Assembly (NCBI GenBank): GCA_016938065.1
Contig: JAFGVI010000113.1
Location: forward strand, 3,256 to 67,255
DNA from: Deltaproteobacteria bacterium
GTDB taxonomy: Bacteria; Desulfobacterota; Anaeroferrophillalia; Anaeroferrophillales; Tharpellaceae
Length of the DNA: 64,000 nt
Reading direction: 5' to 3'
In this document: positions 43,189 to 52,612 of the stretch, piece by piece
Layout of the letters: each line of letters begins with the position of its first letter
How positions within the stretch are numbered: the stretch's first letter is position 1
Position numbers and translations under genes: made by a program
Notes under the pieces: generated by a model
Seen by the model: the letters and a program-made list of their open reading frames with translations, nothing else
The model's database searches: none
Told to the model about the DNA's origin: nothing

Positions 43189-46098
43189 ATGTCGATAAAA
43201 GTGCAGCCCCCCTTCCCTTCGGAGTTGGAATTACTCATTCCTCCTGAAATTAAGGATGATGAGTTTTATCATTTAATAATTGAACTGAGTAAAAGAGAAC
43301 ATGTTACTACGGTTCTGGAAATTGGGTCTTCGGCAGGAGGGGGGAGTACTGAGGCCTTTGTCATGGGTTTGCGGGATAATCCCAATAAACCTGAATTGTA
43401 TTGTCTGGAGATCTCAGCCCCGCGCTTTGTAAAGCTACGACAAAGATATACCGATGAGACGTTTGTCAAATGTTACAATGTTTCATCGGTTCCGACAAGT
43501 GTTTTCCCTTCCGATGATGATGTTGTTGATTTTTATAGAGACAATTCTACTGCTCTGAACAGGTATTCAATCGAGACAGTACTGGGATGGCTGCGTCAAG
43601 ATGTCGAATATATAAAAAAAGCAGGAGTGTCAGAAGAGGGCATTGAACTGATAAAAAAAGAAAACAATATTGAAGTTTTTGATATGGTGCTGATTGACGG
43701 GTCAGAATTTACCGGTACCGCGGAGCTGAACCGGGTGTATGGTGCAGGACTGATTTTGCTGGATGATGTTAATTCGTATAAAAATTTTAATAATTTTATA
43801 AGGTTGGGAAATGATCCGCAGTATGAGATGATTCATTGTAACACAAAATTACGCAATGGTTATGCAATCTTCAAAAGAATCGATGTGCCTGCTGAAGATG
43901 AAAGTAACTCCTGTAATAATGCTGGAAACATTGAGGCTCTGATTCAGCTTGCAAGGACTTATAAGGCGCAAGGGCGTGAAACTGAAGCCTTGAAAATTCT
44001 TGAAAACTCTTTGTCGGTGTACCCTGAAAGTCAGGCAATTATTAATGAAATAGATAAGTGTGAAGGGTGTTTAGCCGGACAAAACCTTGTTGCAAGGCCT
44101 GAAATGAAGGCTGATCTGCCCGTTCATTTCTTTACCATAGTTCTGAATGGTGAGCCTTTTATCCGATACCATATTGAAATTTTCAAGCAATTAAAATTTA
44201 AATGGCATTGGCATGTAATTGAAGGTGTCGCTGCGCTCAAAAATGATACAGCCTGGTGTGTGGCCAATGGGGGCCGGATTACAGATGAATTACATGCAGA
44301 GGGGTTGAGTAAAGATAAAACGACCCAATATCTCGATCAGTTATTTTCGGTGTACCCTGATCAGGTGACAGTATATCGTAAAAGCGAGGGCCGGTTCTGG
44401 CATGGTAAACTAGAAATGGTTAATGCTCCATTGCCGGCTATCAAGGAAGAGTGTTTGTTGTGGCAGATAGATGCCGATGAACTCTGGACGGTTTCTCAGA
44501 TCAATCGCGCCCGCGAATTGTTTATGAAATTTCCTGACCGGACAGCTGCCTATTACTGGTGCTGGTTCTTTGTCGGGATGGATATTGTCATCAGCACCCG
44601 TAATTGCTATGCCCAGAATCCGAAACAGGAGTGGCTCCGAACTTGGCGTTACCGGCCCGGCTGCCGCTGGATGGCGCATGAACCTCCGGTTCTGGTTGAA
44701 CCTGTAGGGGAAAATAGGTGGCGTGATCTGGGGCGAGTTAAACCTTTCTCGCATCAGGAAACAGAGCGTGCCGGACTGATTTTTCAGCACTTTGCCTATG
44801 TGACCAGAGAACAATTAATTTTCAAAGAAATTTATTATGGTTATTCCGGCGCGACAGAGAAATGGGAGGAGTTGCAAGAAAACACGGAGTTTCCAATACT
44901 GCTGAAGGACTACTTTCCATGGGTGCGCGATGAGACACAAGTTAATCGTGCTTCAGCATTGTCTGTTCATCCTCTTGCCTGGTATCAAAGAGGTGGTAAA
45001 TATTCTGAAACTGTTATAATTGATGGTGTTTTTTTTCAATTATATCGTACCGGAATTGCCCGAGTGTGGCAGTCGCTTTTTGAGTGCTGGGCTAAGACCC
45101 CTTTTGCTCAAAGGTTGTTGGTTCTTGATCGGGCTCGAACCGTTCCACGAGTGCCGGGGTTGCGTTATCGTGAAATTGCACCATATAACTACAATAACAC
45201 GGATGCTGATCGGTTTATGCTTGAACAAATATGTTGTGAGGAGAATGCGGCAGTTTTCGTTTCCACCTATTATACTACCCCATTAGCGACTCCTTCGGTA
45301 TTTTTGGGCCATGATATGATTCCAGAGTTAGGGGGCTGGGATCTTAATAAACCGATGTGGCGTGAGAAGCATCATGGTATTCGTCATGCTGATCGCTATG
45401 TTGTGGTTTCAAAAAATACCGCGAAGGATCTGCGCCATTTTTTCCCGGGCATTCACTCTGATAAAATAACGGTCTCGCATAATGGGGTTGCTTTTTCCCG
45501 ACCCGCAGGTTGCGAGGTGGAAGCTTTCAAGCAGCGCTATGGTATTAAAAAACCGTACTGGTTAGTTATCGGAGCGAAGATCAGTTATAAGAACAGTATA
45601 TTGTTTTTTGAGGCTTTTTCTCTGTTGCGAGAGCAAAGGCAGAATTTTTCCATTGTTTGTACTGGTCGTCAAGGCGAAGTGGAGTCAATATTTGCCGAGT
45701 ACGCGGGTGATGCCGACGTTTTTATGCTTTACCTTTCTGACGAAGAGCTGGCAGCCGCATATGCCGGAGCTATAGCTCTTGTCTATCCATCGCTTTACGA
45801 AGGCTTTGGCATGCCGATAGTTGAGGCGATGGCTTGCGGGTGTCCTGTAATAACTTCTCCTAATGGTTCGATTCCTGAGGTCGGAGGGGATGCCGTGCTG
45901 TATGTCGATTCCGGTGATGTCGAAGCTATGCGGCAGGCGTTGGAAGATATTCAGGCGAGACAGCTGAAAGAGCAGCTTGTCGAGAAGGGATTAAAAAGAA
46001 GCACTCTTTTTTCGTGGGAGAAAATGGCGGAAGATGTTAAAACCGTGCTGCTGCTGGTGGCCGATACAGAGGTCGGCTGGAAATTTCAGTGCGTATGA
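43189..46098 (+). CDS. 969-aa multidomain enzyme: SAM-methyltransferase-like / TPR / GT-A-like / GT4 (GT-B) glycosyltransferase
   Basis: The N-terminal part is VLEIGSSAGGGSTEAF...VLIDGSEF. A TPR segment follows (ARTYKAQGRETEALKILENSL). The middle part is FFTIVLNGEPFIRYH...WQIDADELW. The C-terminal GT1/GT4 motif is EGFGMPIVEAMACGCPVITSPNGSIPEVGGDA. Confidence 0.65.
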   Translation: MSIKVQPPFPSELELLIPPEIKDDEFYHLIIELSKREHVTTVLEIGSSAGGGSTEAFVMGLRDNPNKPELYCLEISAPRFVKLRQRYTDETFVKCYNVSSVPTSVFPSDDDVVDFYRDNSTALNRYSIETVLGWLRQDVEYIKKAGVSEEGIELIKKENNIEVFDMVLIDGSEFTGTAELNRVYGAGLILLDDVNSYKNFNNFIRLGNDPQYEMIHCNTKLRNGYAIFKRIDVPAEDESNSCNNAGNIEALIQLARTYKAQGRETEALKILENSLSVYPESQAIINEIDKCEGCLAGQNLVARPEMKADLPVHFFTIVLNGEPFIRYHIEIFKQLKFKWHWHVIEGVAALKNDTAWCVANGGRITDELHAEGLSKDKTTQYLDQLFSVYPDQVTVYRKSEGRFWHGKLEMVNAPLPAIKEECLLWQIDADELWTVSQINRARELFMKFPDRTAAYYWCWFFVGMDIVISTRNCYAQNPKQEWLRTWRYRPGCRWMAHEPPVLVEPVGENRWRDLGRVKPFSHQETERAGLIFQHFAYVTREQLIFKEIYYGYSGATEKWEELQENTEFPILLKDYFPWVRDETQVNRASALSVHPLAWYQRGGKYSETVIIDGVFFQLYRTGIARVWQSLFECWAKTPFAQRLLVLDRARTVPRVPGLRYREIAPYNYNNTDADRFMLEQICCEENAAVFVSTYYTTPLATPSVFLGHDMIPELGGWDLNKPMWREKHHGIRHADRYVVVSKNTAKDLRHFFPGIHSDKITVSHNGVAFSRPAGCEVEAFKQRYGIKKPYWLVIGAKISYKNSILFFEAFSLLREQRQNFSIVCTGRQGEVESIFAEYAGDADVFMLYLSDEELAAAYAGAIALVYPSLYEGFGMPIVEAMACGCPVITSPNGSIPEVGGDAVLYVDSGDVEAMRQALEDIQARQLKEQLVEKGLKRSTLFSWEKMAEDVKTVLLLVADTEVGWKFQCV

Positions 46099-46207
46099 TG
46101 ATGTGGTGAAATTATAGCTTTTCCCGTTGTGTAATAACTTAAACGTAGCCGGTCAAACCGGAGAACTGTTGCCGATTTGTAAATATGAAATAGATGAGGT
46201 TAAAAAG

Positions 46208-47200
46208 TTGGATATAGACGGCAAAAATATTTTGATAACCGGCGGTACCGGTTCTTTTGGCAAGAAATTTGTTAATTTTGTTCTTGCCAATTATAGTCCG
46301 CGTCGACTTGTTGTTTTCAGTCGGGACGAGCTCAAACAGGAAGAGATGCGGGAATATCTGCCGGATAAAGCGGGACATCCGATTCGCTACTTTATTGGTG
46401 ATATCCGCGATAAAGAGAGACTGTATCGAGCTTTTGCCGGGGTTGATCTGGTGGTCCATGCCGCAGCCCTGAAACAGGTGCCAACGGCGGAATATAACCC
46501 TCTTGAGGTGATCAAGACCAACATTCTCGGGGCGGCGAATATTATTGATGCCGCTATCGATTGCAAGGTTGCAAGGGTGATCGCCTTAAGTAGTGATAAG
46601 GCGGTTAATCCGGTAAATCTATATGGCGGTACAAAACTTTGTGCCGATAAGCTTTTTGTTGCGGCTGGTGTCTATTCGGGGTCGGGGAAGTCACAGTTCA
46701 GTGTGGTTCGCTATGGCAATGTTGTGGGCAGTAGAGGCAGTGTCATTCCTGGTTTTTTAAAGCAGCGACAGAGCGGCGTGCTGAAGCTTACAGATGAACG
46801 TATGACGCGATTCTGGATAACCCTTGAGCAGTCGGTAGCCTTTGTAGTTAACAGCATCATGAGGATGCGGGGCGGTGAGATCTTTGTGCCGAAATTGCCA
46901 AGTATGCGCCTTATGGATCTGGCAAAGGCAGTGGCTCCTGAATGCAGAATAGAATTTATCGGCATTCGCCCCGGAGAAAAGCTGCATGAAACCCTGATCA
47001 GTGAAGATGAAGCGAGAAGAACGATTGAACATGAAGACTATTTTGTGGTTAGACCCCACTCCATGTATGATTTTTCCAGTGAAGAGATAGGGCATGCTGA
47101 CAATCAGGTTGTGCGCGATTTTCAGTATATCAGTAATGACAACAGCAGTTGGTTGTCGATAGATGAATTGAGAACGATTGTCGAAAAGTTTGGCTTTTAA
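46208..47200 (+). CDS. pseB: UDP-N-acetylglucosamine 4,6-dehydratase (inverting), PseB
   Basis: The motifs GKNILITGGTGSFGKKF, VVHAAALKQVPTAEYNPLEVIKTNILGA and SSDKAVNPVNLYGGTKL are present. I prefer TTG 46208 after GAGGT; the track start TTG 46127 is possible. Confidence 0.8.
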   Translation: MDIDGKNILITGGTGSFGKKFVNFVLANYSPRRLVVFSRDELKQEEMREYLPDKAGHPIRYFIGDIRDKERLYRAFAGVDLVVHAAALKQVPTAEYNPLEVIKTNILGAANIIDAAIDCKVARVIALSSDKAVNPVNLYGGTKLCADKLFVAAGVYSGSGKSQFSVVRYGNVVGSRGSVIPGFLKQRQSGVLKLTDERMTRFWITLEQSVAFVVNSIMRMRGGEIFVPKLPSMRLMDLAKAVAPECRIEFIGIRPGEKLHETLISEDEARRTIEHEDYFVVRPHSMYDFSSEEIGHADNQVVRDFQYISNDNSSWLSIDELRTIVEKFGF

Positions 47201-47203
47201 GAG

Positions 47204-48358
47204 ATGACCGATACCTTTATTCCTTACGGTCGTCATTTTCTTGATAGTTCTGATATTGCGGCTGTCGACGAAGTTTTACGGTCGGATTGGTTGACGACCG
47301 GAAGTAAAGTTGATGTGTTTGAGTCTGCAGTTGCCGATTATGTCGGTGCCGATTATGGCGTTGCCGTAAGCAGCGGAACCGCCGCACTGCATTGCGCTCT
47401 TGTTGCTGCCGGTGTCGGAGATGAAGACGAAGTCCTTATGCCGGCTCTCACCTTTGTTGCTGATGCAAGTATGGTTGCTCTTTCAGGCGCACGGCCGGTT
47501 CTGGCTGACGTCAAGCACGAAGATCTTTTGATTGATGTCAATGCGGTTGCGGATAAGATTTCTCCTCGGACAAAAGCACTTATCGCAGTTGATTATGCAG
47601 GTCAACCATGCGACTATATTTTCTTGCGTCGTTTTGCGGATCGACACAATCTCTGTCTGATAGCCGATGCCTGTCATGCCTTGGGGTCCTCTCAGGATGG
47701 TCGCAAGGTTGGGAGTTTGGCCGATATGACGGTTTTCAGCTTTCACCCGGTAAAGCATATCACGACCGGAGAAGGTGGTATGGTGGTGACTGATAAAGCT
47801 GAATTTGCTGAAAAAATCAGAAAATTTCGCAATCACGGAATCAGCGTTGACCATCAGCAGCGGGCGCAAAGGGCTACCTGGGAATATGATGTCGAAACTT
47901 TTGCTTTTAACTACAGATTGACCGACTTCCAATGTGCCTTGGGTTTAAGCCAGCTTAAAAAGTTGCCGATCTGGCTTGTTCGTCGTCGGGAAATCGCCCG
48001 ACGATATGATCTGGCCTTCAAGAATTCCCCATATCTTAAGCCTCTGCATGTAAATGATGCAGGCGGTCACGCCTACCATCTTTACGTGGTTCGGCTCAAT
48101 CTTGAGGTTCTGTCGATTGACAAGGCAGAAATCTTTAAAAGATTGCGCCAGGCTGGGATTGGTGTCAATGTGCATTATAAACCCCTAAATCTGATGACGG
48201 TCATGCAGAGAAAGTACGGTTATCTGGCCGGAGATTTTCCGGTTGCCGAAAAAGCGTATGAAGAGATTCTCTCGTTGCCGATCTATCCCGCGATGCAGGA
48301 TGAAGATGTGCAAAAAGTGGCAGATAGCTGTCTGCATATTCTTTCCTCAGTGAAATAA
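47204..48358 (+). CDS. pseC: UDP-4-amino-4,6-dideoxy-N-acetyl-beta-L-altrosamine transaminase, PseC (DegT/DnrJ/EryC1 family)
   Basis: It has IPYGRHFLDSSDIAAVDEVLRSDWLTTG and the PLP-Lys motif SFHPVKHITTGEGG. It lies directly after pseB. Confidence 0.8.
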   Translation: MTDTFIPYGRHFLDSSDIAAVDEVLRSDWLTTGSKVDVFESAVADYVGADYGVAVSSGTAALHCALVAAGVGDEDEVLMPALTFVADASMVALSGARPVLADVKHEDLLIDVNAVADKISPRTKALIAVDYAGQPCDYIFLRRFADRHNLCLIADACHALGSSQDGRKVGSLADMTVFSFHPVKHITTGEGGMVVTDKAEFAEKIRKFRNHGISVDHQQRAQRATWEYDVETFAFNYRLTDFQCALGLSQLKKLPIWLVRRREIARRYDLAFKNSPYLKPLHVNDAGGHAYHLYVVRLNLEVLSIDKAEIFKRLRQAGIGVNVHYKPLNLMTVMQRKYGYLAGDFPVAEKAYEEILSLPIYPAMQDEDVQKVADSCLHILSSVK

Positions 48359-48360
48359 TT

Positions 48361-50082
48361 ATGAAGAAAAAAAATGTTCCAACTGCTAAAAGTGAGAAAG
48401 TCGTTGCCTTCGTCGTTGCCCGTCTTTCTTCTTCCCGGCTGCCGGCTAAACACTTCCGGAAAATCGGCTTCAAGCCTTTGATCTCCTGGATTATCGACCA
48501 GTTGCGCCTGAGTACGGAAGTTGATGAAATCGTCATTACAACCGTAGCAGAAGAGGGCAATCGACCATTGCAGATGTGGGCTGAAGAGGAGAAAATACCC
48601 TGCTTCTGGTATGAAGGCGAGGTTGATCATGTTACGACCCGCCTGAGAAAAGCGGCTGAACAATACGGCGCCGATATCTCTATTCTGGTTAGTGGCGATT
48701 GTCCGCTTATCTACGCACCTCTGATTGACATGTTAGTTAAAGCTCTAAAAAATGATGTCGTTTGCGATATTGTTTGTCCAACGCCTTTTCTGCAGAAAAA
48801 ACCTTTGGCTCTGCAAGGCATCAGTCTGGCTCGAACCCGAGCCTGGCAGATGGGTGATGATCTTTCGGACCGGCCTGAACTGAAAGAGCATCATTTCCCG
48901 ATATTTGCCCAGCGTCCTGATCTCTTCAATGCTAAAATGGTTTCCCTGCCTGATGAATTTTATTTTTCTTTCAATCGCTTCTCTGTTGACACTCTGGCCG
49001 ACCTTGAATTTATGAACACGGTTTACGCTGTGTTATCGGAACGTCAGCAGCTTTTTGATCTGCCTTCAGTTTTGCGTCTTGTGGCGGAAAAGCCCGAACT
49101 TTGTATTATTAATGAGCACGTCCATCAGCGCCGTCTGGTCGAAAACATCAAGAAAGTTCTCTTTGTCATAGATGCTGGCGGACGTTTTGGTTACGGGCAC
49201 CTGATGCGCAGCCTTGAACTGGCATCCCAGATTACTGAGCGTTTGAGCTGGCCGGTTGCGTTTATGGTTGATGACCGGCTGGCATTAGAGCTGCTGGTTG
49301 AACATGGTTTCATCGGATTTTGTGGGGCTTTAGGTCGTAAAGTAAATTTTTTGGCCGGCCAGAAAACGTTCAGAATAAACGACTTAATCTGTGATTACGA
49401 CTTGCTGGTAATCGATATTTTTGATCAAAGAGGGCCGGAAAAGGGATGGCGGCAAGAGCTGGCCAAAAAAGTGCCGGTTGCTGCTTTTGATAATTTTCAA
49501 CCGTGGTCTCTGGAGGTTGATCTTTTATTGGTTCCAGGGTTGATGCTGAAAAATATTAATCTTGCGGATCCAATTTTTCCGAAAACGGTTTCCGGACTGG
49601 ACTACGTTATTATTCGTCGGGAGATTCGCAGGCTTACCCGACGGCCGATAAAAAAAGATATCGATCTTTTGGTCTACCTGCATGATGCAAAACTGCGTCA
49701 TCTATTTGAAGCGCTTGCTGCGCAAACTGACTACCGGATTATCGTTCTTTCCTCTTTTGATAATAACTTTCCGACGTTGTTGGCGCGGTCACGTTATTTC
49801 TTGAGCGGTTTCGGTTCCAGTTTTTACGAAGCTCTTTACCTTGACACCACGCCGCTTTGTTGGCCCGATTCCAAAGCTCATTTGAGTGATGCCCATAATT
49901 TTTACGAAAAAACTGGTTTGTCGGTTAAAGTAATACAATCTTTAGCCGATATATATGAAGTGCTCATGCCTCTGCAAAAAGGCAGGGTATTCAATCCGGA
50001 GATTAAAGACGGTACTCCACATTTAGTTGCAGCTCTTTTTGAGTTGCTTGAAAGCTTCAACATAGATGCTGAAAAACTCTAG
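48361..50082 (+). CDS. fusion of cytidylyltransferase (SpsF/PseF-like) and PseG-like UDP-sugar hydrolase (SpsG-like)
   Basis: The N-terminal part is AFVVARLSSSRLPAKHF...SGDCPL, the CMP-sugar synthetase fold. The C-terminal part is VLFVIDAGGRFGYGHLMRSLELA, a PseG/SpsG-type GT-B motif. It lies between pseC and pseI. Confidence 0.6.
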   Translation: MKKKNVPTAKSEKVVAFVVARLSSSRLPAKHFRKIGFKPLISWIIDQLRLSTEVDEIVITTVAEEGNRPLQMWAEEEKIPCFWYEGEVDHVTTRLRKAAEQYGADISILVSGDCPLIYAPLIDMLVKALKNDVVCDIVCPTPFLQKKPLALQGISLARTRAWQMGDDLSDRPELKEHHFPIFAQRPDLFNAKMVSLPDEFYFSFNRFSVDTLADLEFMNTVYAVLSERQQLFDLPSVLRLVAEKPELCIINEHVHQRRLVENIKKVLFVIDAGGRFGYGHLMRSLELASQITERLSWPVAFMVDDRLALELLVEHGFIGFCGALGRKVNFLAGQKTFRINDLICDYDLLVIDIFDQRGPEKGWRQELAKKVPVAAFDNFQPWSLEVDLLLVPGLMLKNINLADPIFPKTVSGLDYVIIRREIRRLTRRPIKKDIDLLVYLHDAKLRHLFEALAAQTDYRIIVLSSFDNNFPTLLARSRYFLSGFGSSFYEALYLDTTPLCWPDSKAHLSDAHNFYEKTGLSVKVIQSLADIYEVLMPLQKGRVFNPEIKDGTPHLVAALFELLESFNIDAEKL

Positions 50083-51130
50083 CACCCCTTACATCGAGAT
50101 TGCTTCCCGAAAGATTGGCGAGGGTTATCCGGTTTATATCATTGCCGAGCTTTCCGCCAATCATCGCCAGGATTTTGGTGAGGCGGAAAAACTTGTGCGA
50201 GCCGCCAAGGCGGCCGGAGCTGACGCGGTCAAACTGCAAACTTATACAGCGGATACACTGACGATAGATTGTCAAGCAGAATGTTTTATTCAGCCCCCAG
50301 GATCTTTATGGCAAGGCCGCACGCTGTATGATCTTTATCGGGAAGGCTCTATGCCCTGGGAATGGCAACCCAAATTGAAAGAGCTAGCTGATGATCTTGA
50401 TATAGATCTTTTTTCGACCGCGTTCGATTCCACGGCCGTTGATTTCCTCGAACAAATGGCTGTGCCGGCTTATAAACTTGCTTCGTTTGAAATCGTTGAC
50501 CTCCCCTTGATTAAAAAAATTGCGCTTACCGGCAAGCCGCTCATCATATCGACCGGTATGGCTACCCTAGGGGAGATTGACGAAGCGGTGAGTACGGTGC
50601 GATCTTTCGGCGCTTCACAAGTAGCTTTATTGAAATGTACCAGTGCTTATCCTGCAAAAGCTTCTAATATGAATCTTAAAACAATTCCCCATCTTTCCGT
50701 AACATTCAATCTTCCTGCCGGCTTGTCTGACCACTCAGAAGGTATTGCCATTCCGATTGCCGCCGCTGCCGTCGGCGCCAGTATTGTGGAAAAACACTTT
50801 ACGCTCTCACGAAAAAATGAGTGTCTGGATGCTGCGTTTTCTCTGGAGCCGCAGGAGTTTAGGGAGATGGTTAAATCGATTCGATTGACTGAACAGGCTC
50901 TTGGCCAAGTCTGTTTTGGGCCGCTCCGGGATGAATATGAAAATCTAAGTTTTCGGCGCTCACTAGTCATTGTCAAAGATATGAAAAAGGGTGATCTGCT
51001 GACTCCGGAAAATGTTCGCTCGATCAGGCCCGGCGGAGGGATCAGTCCTAAATATTTTGATATGGTTTTGGGTAAGGAAGTTAAAATAAATGTTCTGAAA
51101 GGAACGTCTTTGACTTGGGGTTTGATTTGA
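50066..51130 (+). CDS. pseI: pseudaminic acid synthase PseI (NeuB family)
   Basis: The motifs IIAELSANHRQDFGEAEKLVRAAKAAGADAVKLQTY, LKCTSAYPA and GLSDHSEG are present, with a C-terminal SAF domain (VKDMKKGDLLTPENVRSIRPG). Pse rather than Leg/Neu specificity is inferred from its neighbours. Confidence 0.75.
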   Translation: MLKNSSTPYIEIASRKIGEGYPVYIIAELSANHRQDFGEAEKLVRAAKAAGADAVKLQTYTADTLTIDCQAECFIQPPGSLWQGRTLYDLYREGSMPWEWQPKLKELADDLDIDLFSTAFDSTAVDFLEQMAVPAYKLASFEIVDLPLIKKIALTGKPLIISTGMATLGEIDEAVSTVRSFGASQVALLKCTSAYPAKASNMNLKTIPHLSVTFNLPAGLSDHSEGIAIPIAAAAVGASIVEKHFTLSRKNECLDAAFSLEPQEFREMVKSIRLTEQALGQVCFGPLRDEYENLSFRRSLVIVKDMKKGDLLTPENVRSIRPGGGISPKYFDMVLGKEVKINVLKGTSLTWGLI

Positions 51131-51223
51131 GAAGTAATGAAGGTATTTATTATCGGCCAAAAGATGACTTTTGGCAAAAACAACTTGCATTGTGTTTAGT
51201 ACAAAATTGAAGGGAGAAATGTT

Positions 51224-52462
51224 ATGACAGTAAAAAAAGTGCTATATCTTGCCGAGAACGCAATTAGTTCAATCCAAGGTGGAGGTATTGTTGTTTATAA
51301 TGTTTTGAAAGGTTTACCCCCTGAGAACTTGCTTGGATTTTTTCAGTACCGTAACATCACTCCAGTTCCTGAATATGGCAATCGTTTCCATTACCTTGGT
51401 ACAGACCGAGTACCAGAGTTATTTCGGCCAATTTTGCACAAACGTGAGTATATTGATAATTTTTTACGAACTTTTTTGTTTGATAAAAATTTAAAGATGG
51501 ATCTGGAGTTTGTCGTATGGAAGACGCGTGAAGAAAATTTCATGCCTGGTATTGTTTATTTTTCCGGTTTATCATTGCGTTTTTTGCGCTTAGCGGTAAT
51601 GGCCGCAGAGTATTTTGATGTTCCAATGGTTGTGTTGCATATGGATGACTGGATGGAAGTTGAAAAACATCGCTTTAAGCGATGGGGGAATATTTGGTAT
51701 CGGCGAATCATTGAGAATATGACCGAAGCTGCCAAAAGATCCTTGGCTTCGACTACGAATTCACCGTCATTATCAGAAAAGGTTACAAGATTGACCGGTT
51801 ATAAGCATAAGCCGGCCAATAATTGTTGTGAAGATTTAATGGAATTAGTTTCTGAACCGATTGAGGCGGATAACGAGATTCCTGTACTTACCTATGCCGG
51901 GGCTCTTAACTGGCACTTGCAGGGAGAAACCTTGATTTTTCTGACTGGTGCCATCGCTGAGTTAAATGCCGAAGGAACACCGGTCCACCTGCACGTCTAT
52001 ACTCCCTGGGAGTTTGCACATATGGTAAACGCTAATGAAATTCCTGATGCAGTCTACTATAAAGGGCATGTTAACAAAAACCGGTTGCCGGAAATATATC
52101 TGAAATCTGATTTCTTAGTATCATCTGTTACTTTCCGCAGGCACAACCTGCATTTATTTCGTCACTCATTATCAACTAAACTTTCTGAATATCTCTGTGT
52201 TGGCAAGCCGGTGCTGTCAATTGGTCATCTTGAGTGGCATTTGCATGAATATGTACAGCAGCACAAATGTGGTTTTTCAATTTATATGGACGAAAACTAT
52301 CAGCGGGCCAAAATTAAGGAGGAGTTGAAGGCTATGTTGGCAACCCCAAAAAGCGAACTGGCTGAAATTGGAAAACGCAATCGTTTGCTTTGGGAAGAGG
52401 CTCACGATGTAAAAAAAATGGCGTCGGAGACTCGTTCTGCGATCGGACTTGACCCATTTTAG
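51224..52462 (+). CDS. hypothetical protein, possibly GT-B-type glycosyltransferase
   Basis: 412 aa. The C-terminal LSTKLSEYLCVGKPVLS resembles the GT1/GT4 nucleotide-sugar binding helix. The assignment is weak. Confidence 0.35.
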   Translation: MTVKKVLYLAENAISSIQGGGIVVYNVLKGLPPENLLGFFQYRNITPVPEYGNRFHYLGTDRVPELFRPILHKREYIDNFLRTFLFDKNLKMDLEFVVWKTREENFMPGIVYFSGLSLRFLRLAVMAAEYFDVPMVVLHMDDWMEVEKHRFKRWGNIWYRRIIENMTEAAKRSLASTTNSPSLSEKVTRLTGYKHKPANNCCEDLMELVSEPIEADNEIPVLTYAGALNWHLQGETLIFLTGAIAELNAEGTPVHLHVYTPWEFAHMVNANEIPDAVYYKGHVNKNRLPEIYLKSDFLVSSVTFRRHNLHLFRHSLSTKLSEYLCVGKPVLSIGHLEWHLHEYVQQHKCGFSIYMDENYQRAKIKEELKAMLATPKSELAEIGKRNRLLWEEAHDVKKMASETRSAIGLDPF

Positions 52463-52594
52463 TGCTCTACAGGTTATTTTCTTGTTTTTTTCAACATTTT
52501 TGTCAACAATAAAAACAAGAAAATGTTCTGATAAGTGCACTTATTTGCGGGCCGTGAAGGCTCCTTGGGTTGCGGGGCTCGCCCCCGCATTAGG
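52461..52594 (+). repeat. copy B of the ~135-nt repeated intergenic element
   Basis: It aligns with 31421-31555. It starts at the stop codon of the upstream gene and ends 18 nt before the radical-SAM ATG. Confidence 0.85.
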
Positions 52595-52612
52595 AGGATA
52601 GGGACAAATTAA

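Noticed and set aside
43175-43198. TAAAGGTT ... GTCGATAA sigma-28-like pair at the start of the 969-aa gene
   Set aside because: The spacer is 8 nt instead of 11, and the -10 box overlaps the ATG and first codons. It is a coincidental match.
52479-52598. Small ORF (TTG..TAG, about 39 aa: MFFSTFLSTIKTRKCSDKCTY...) reading through repeat copy B
   Set aside because: The corresponding translation of copy A differs non-conservatively in the central part, and a 1-nt indel shifts the 5' part. The conservation pattern is nucleotide or structure-like, not protein-like.
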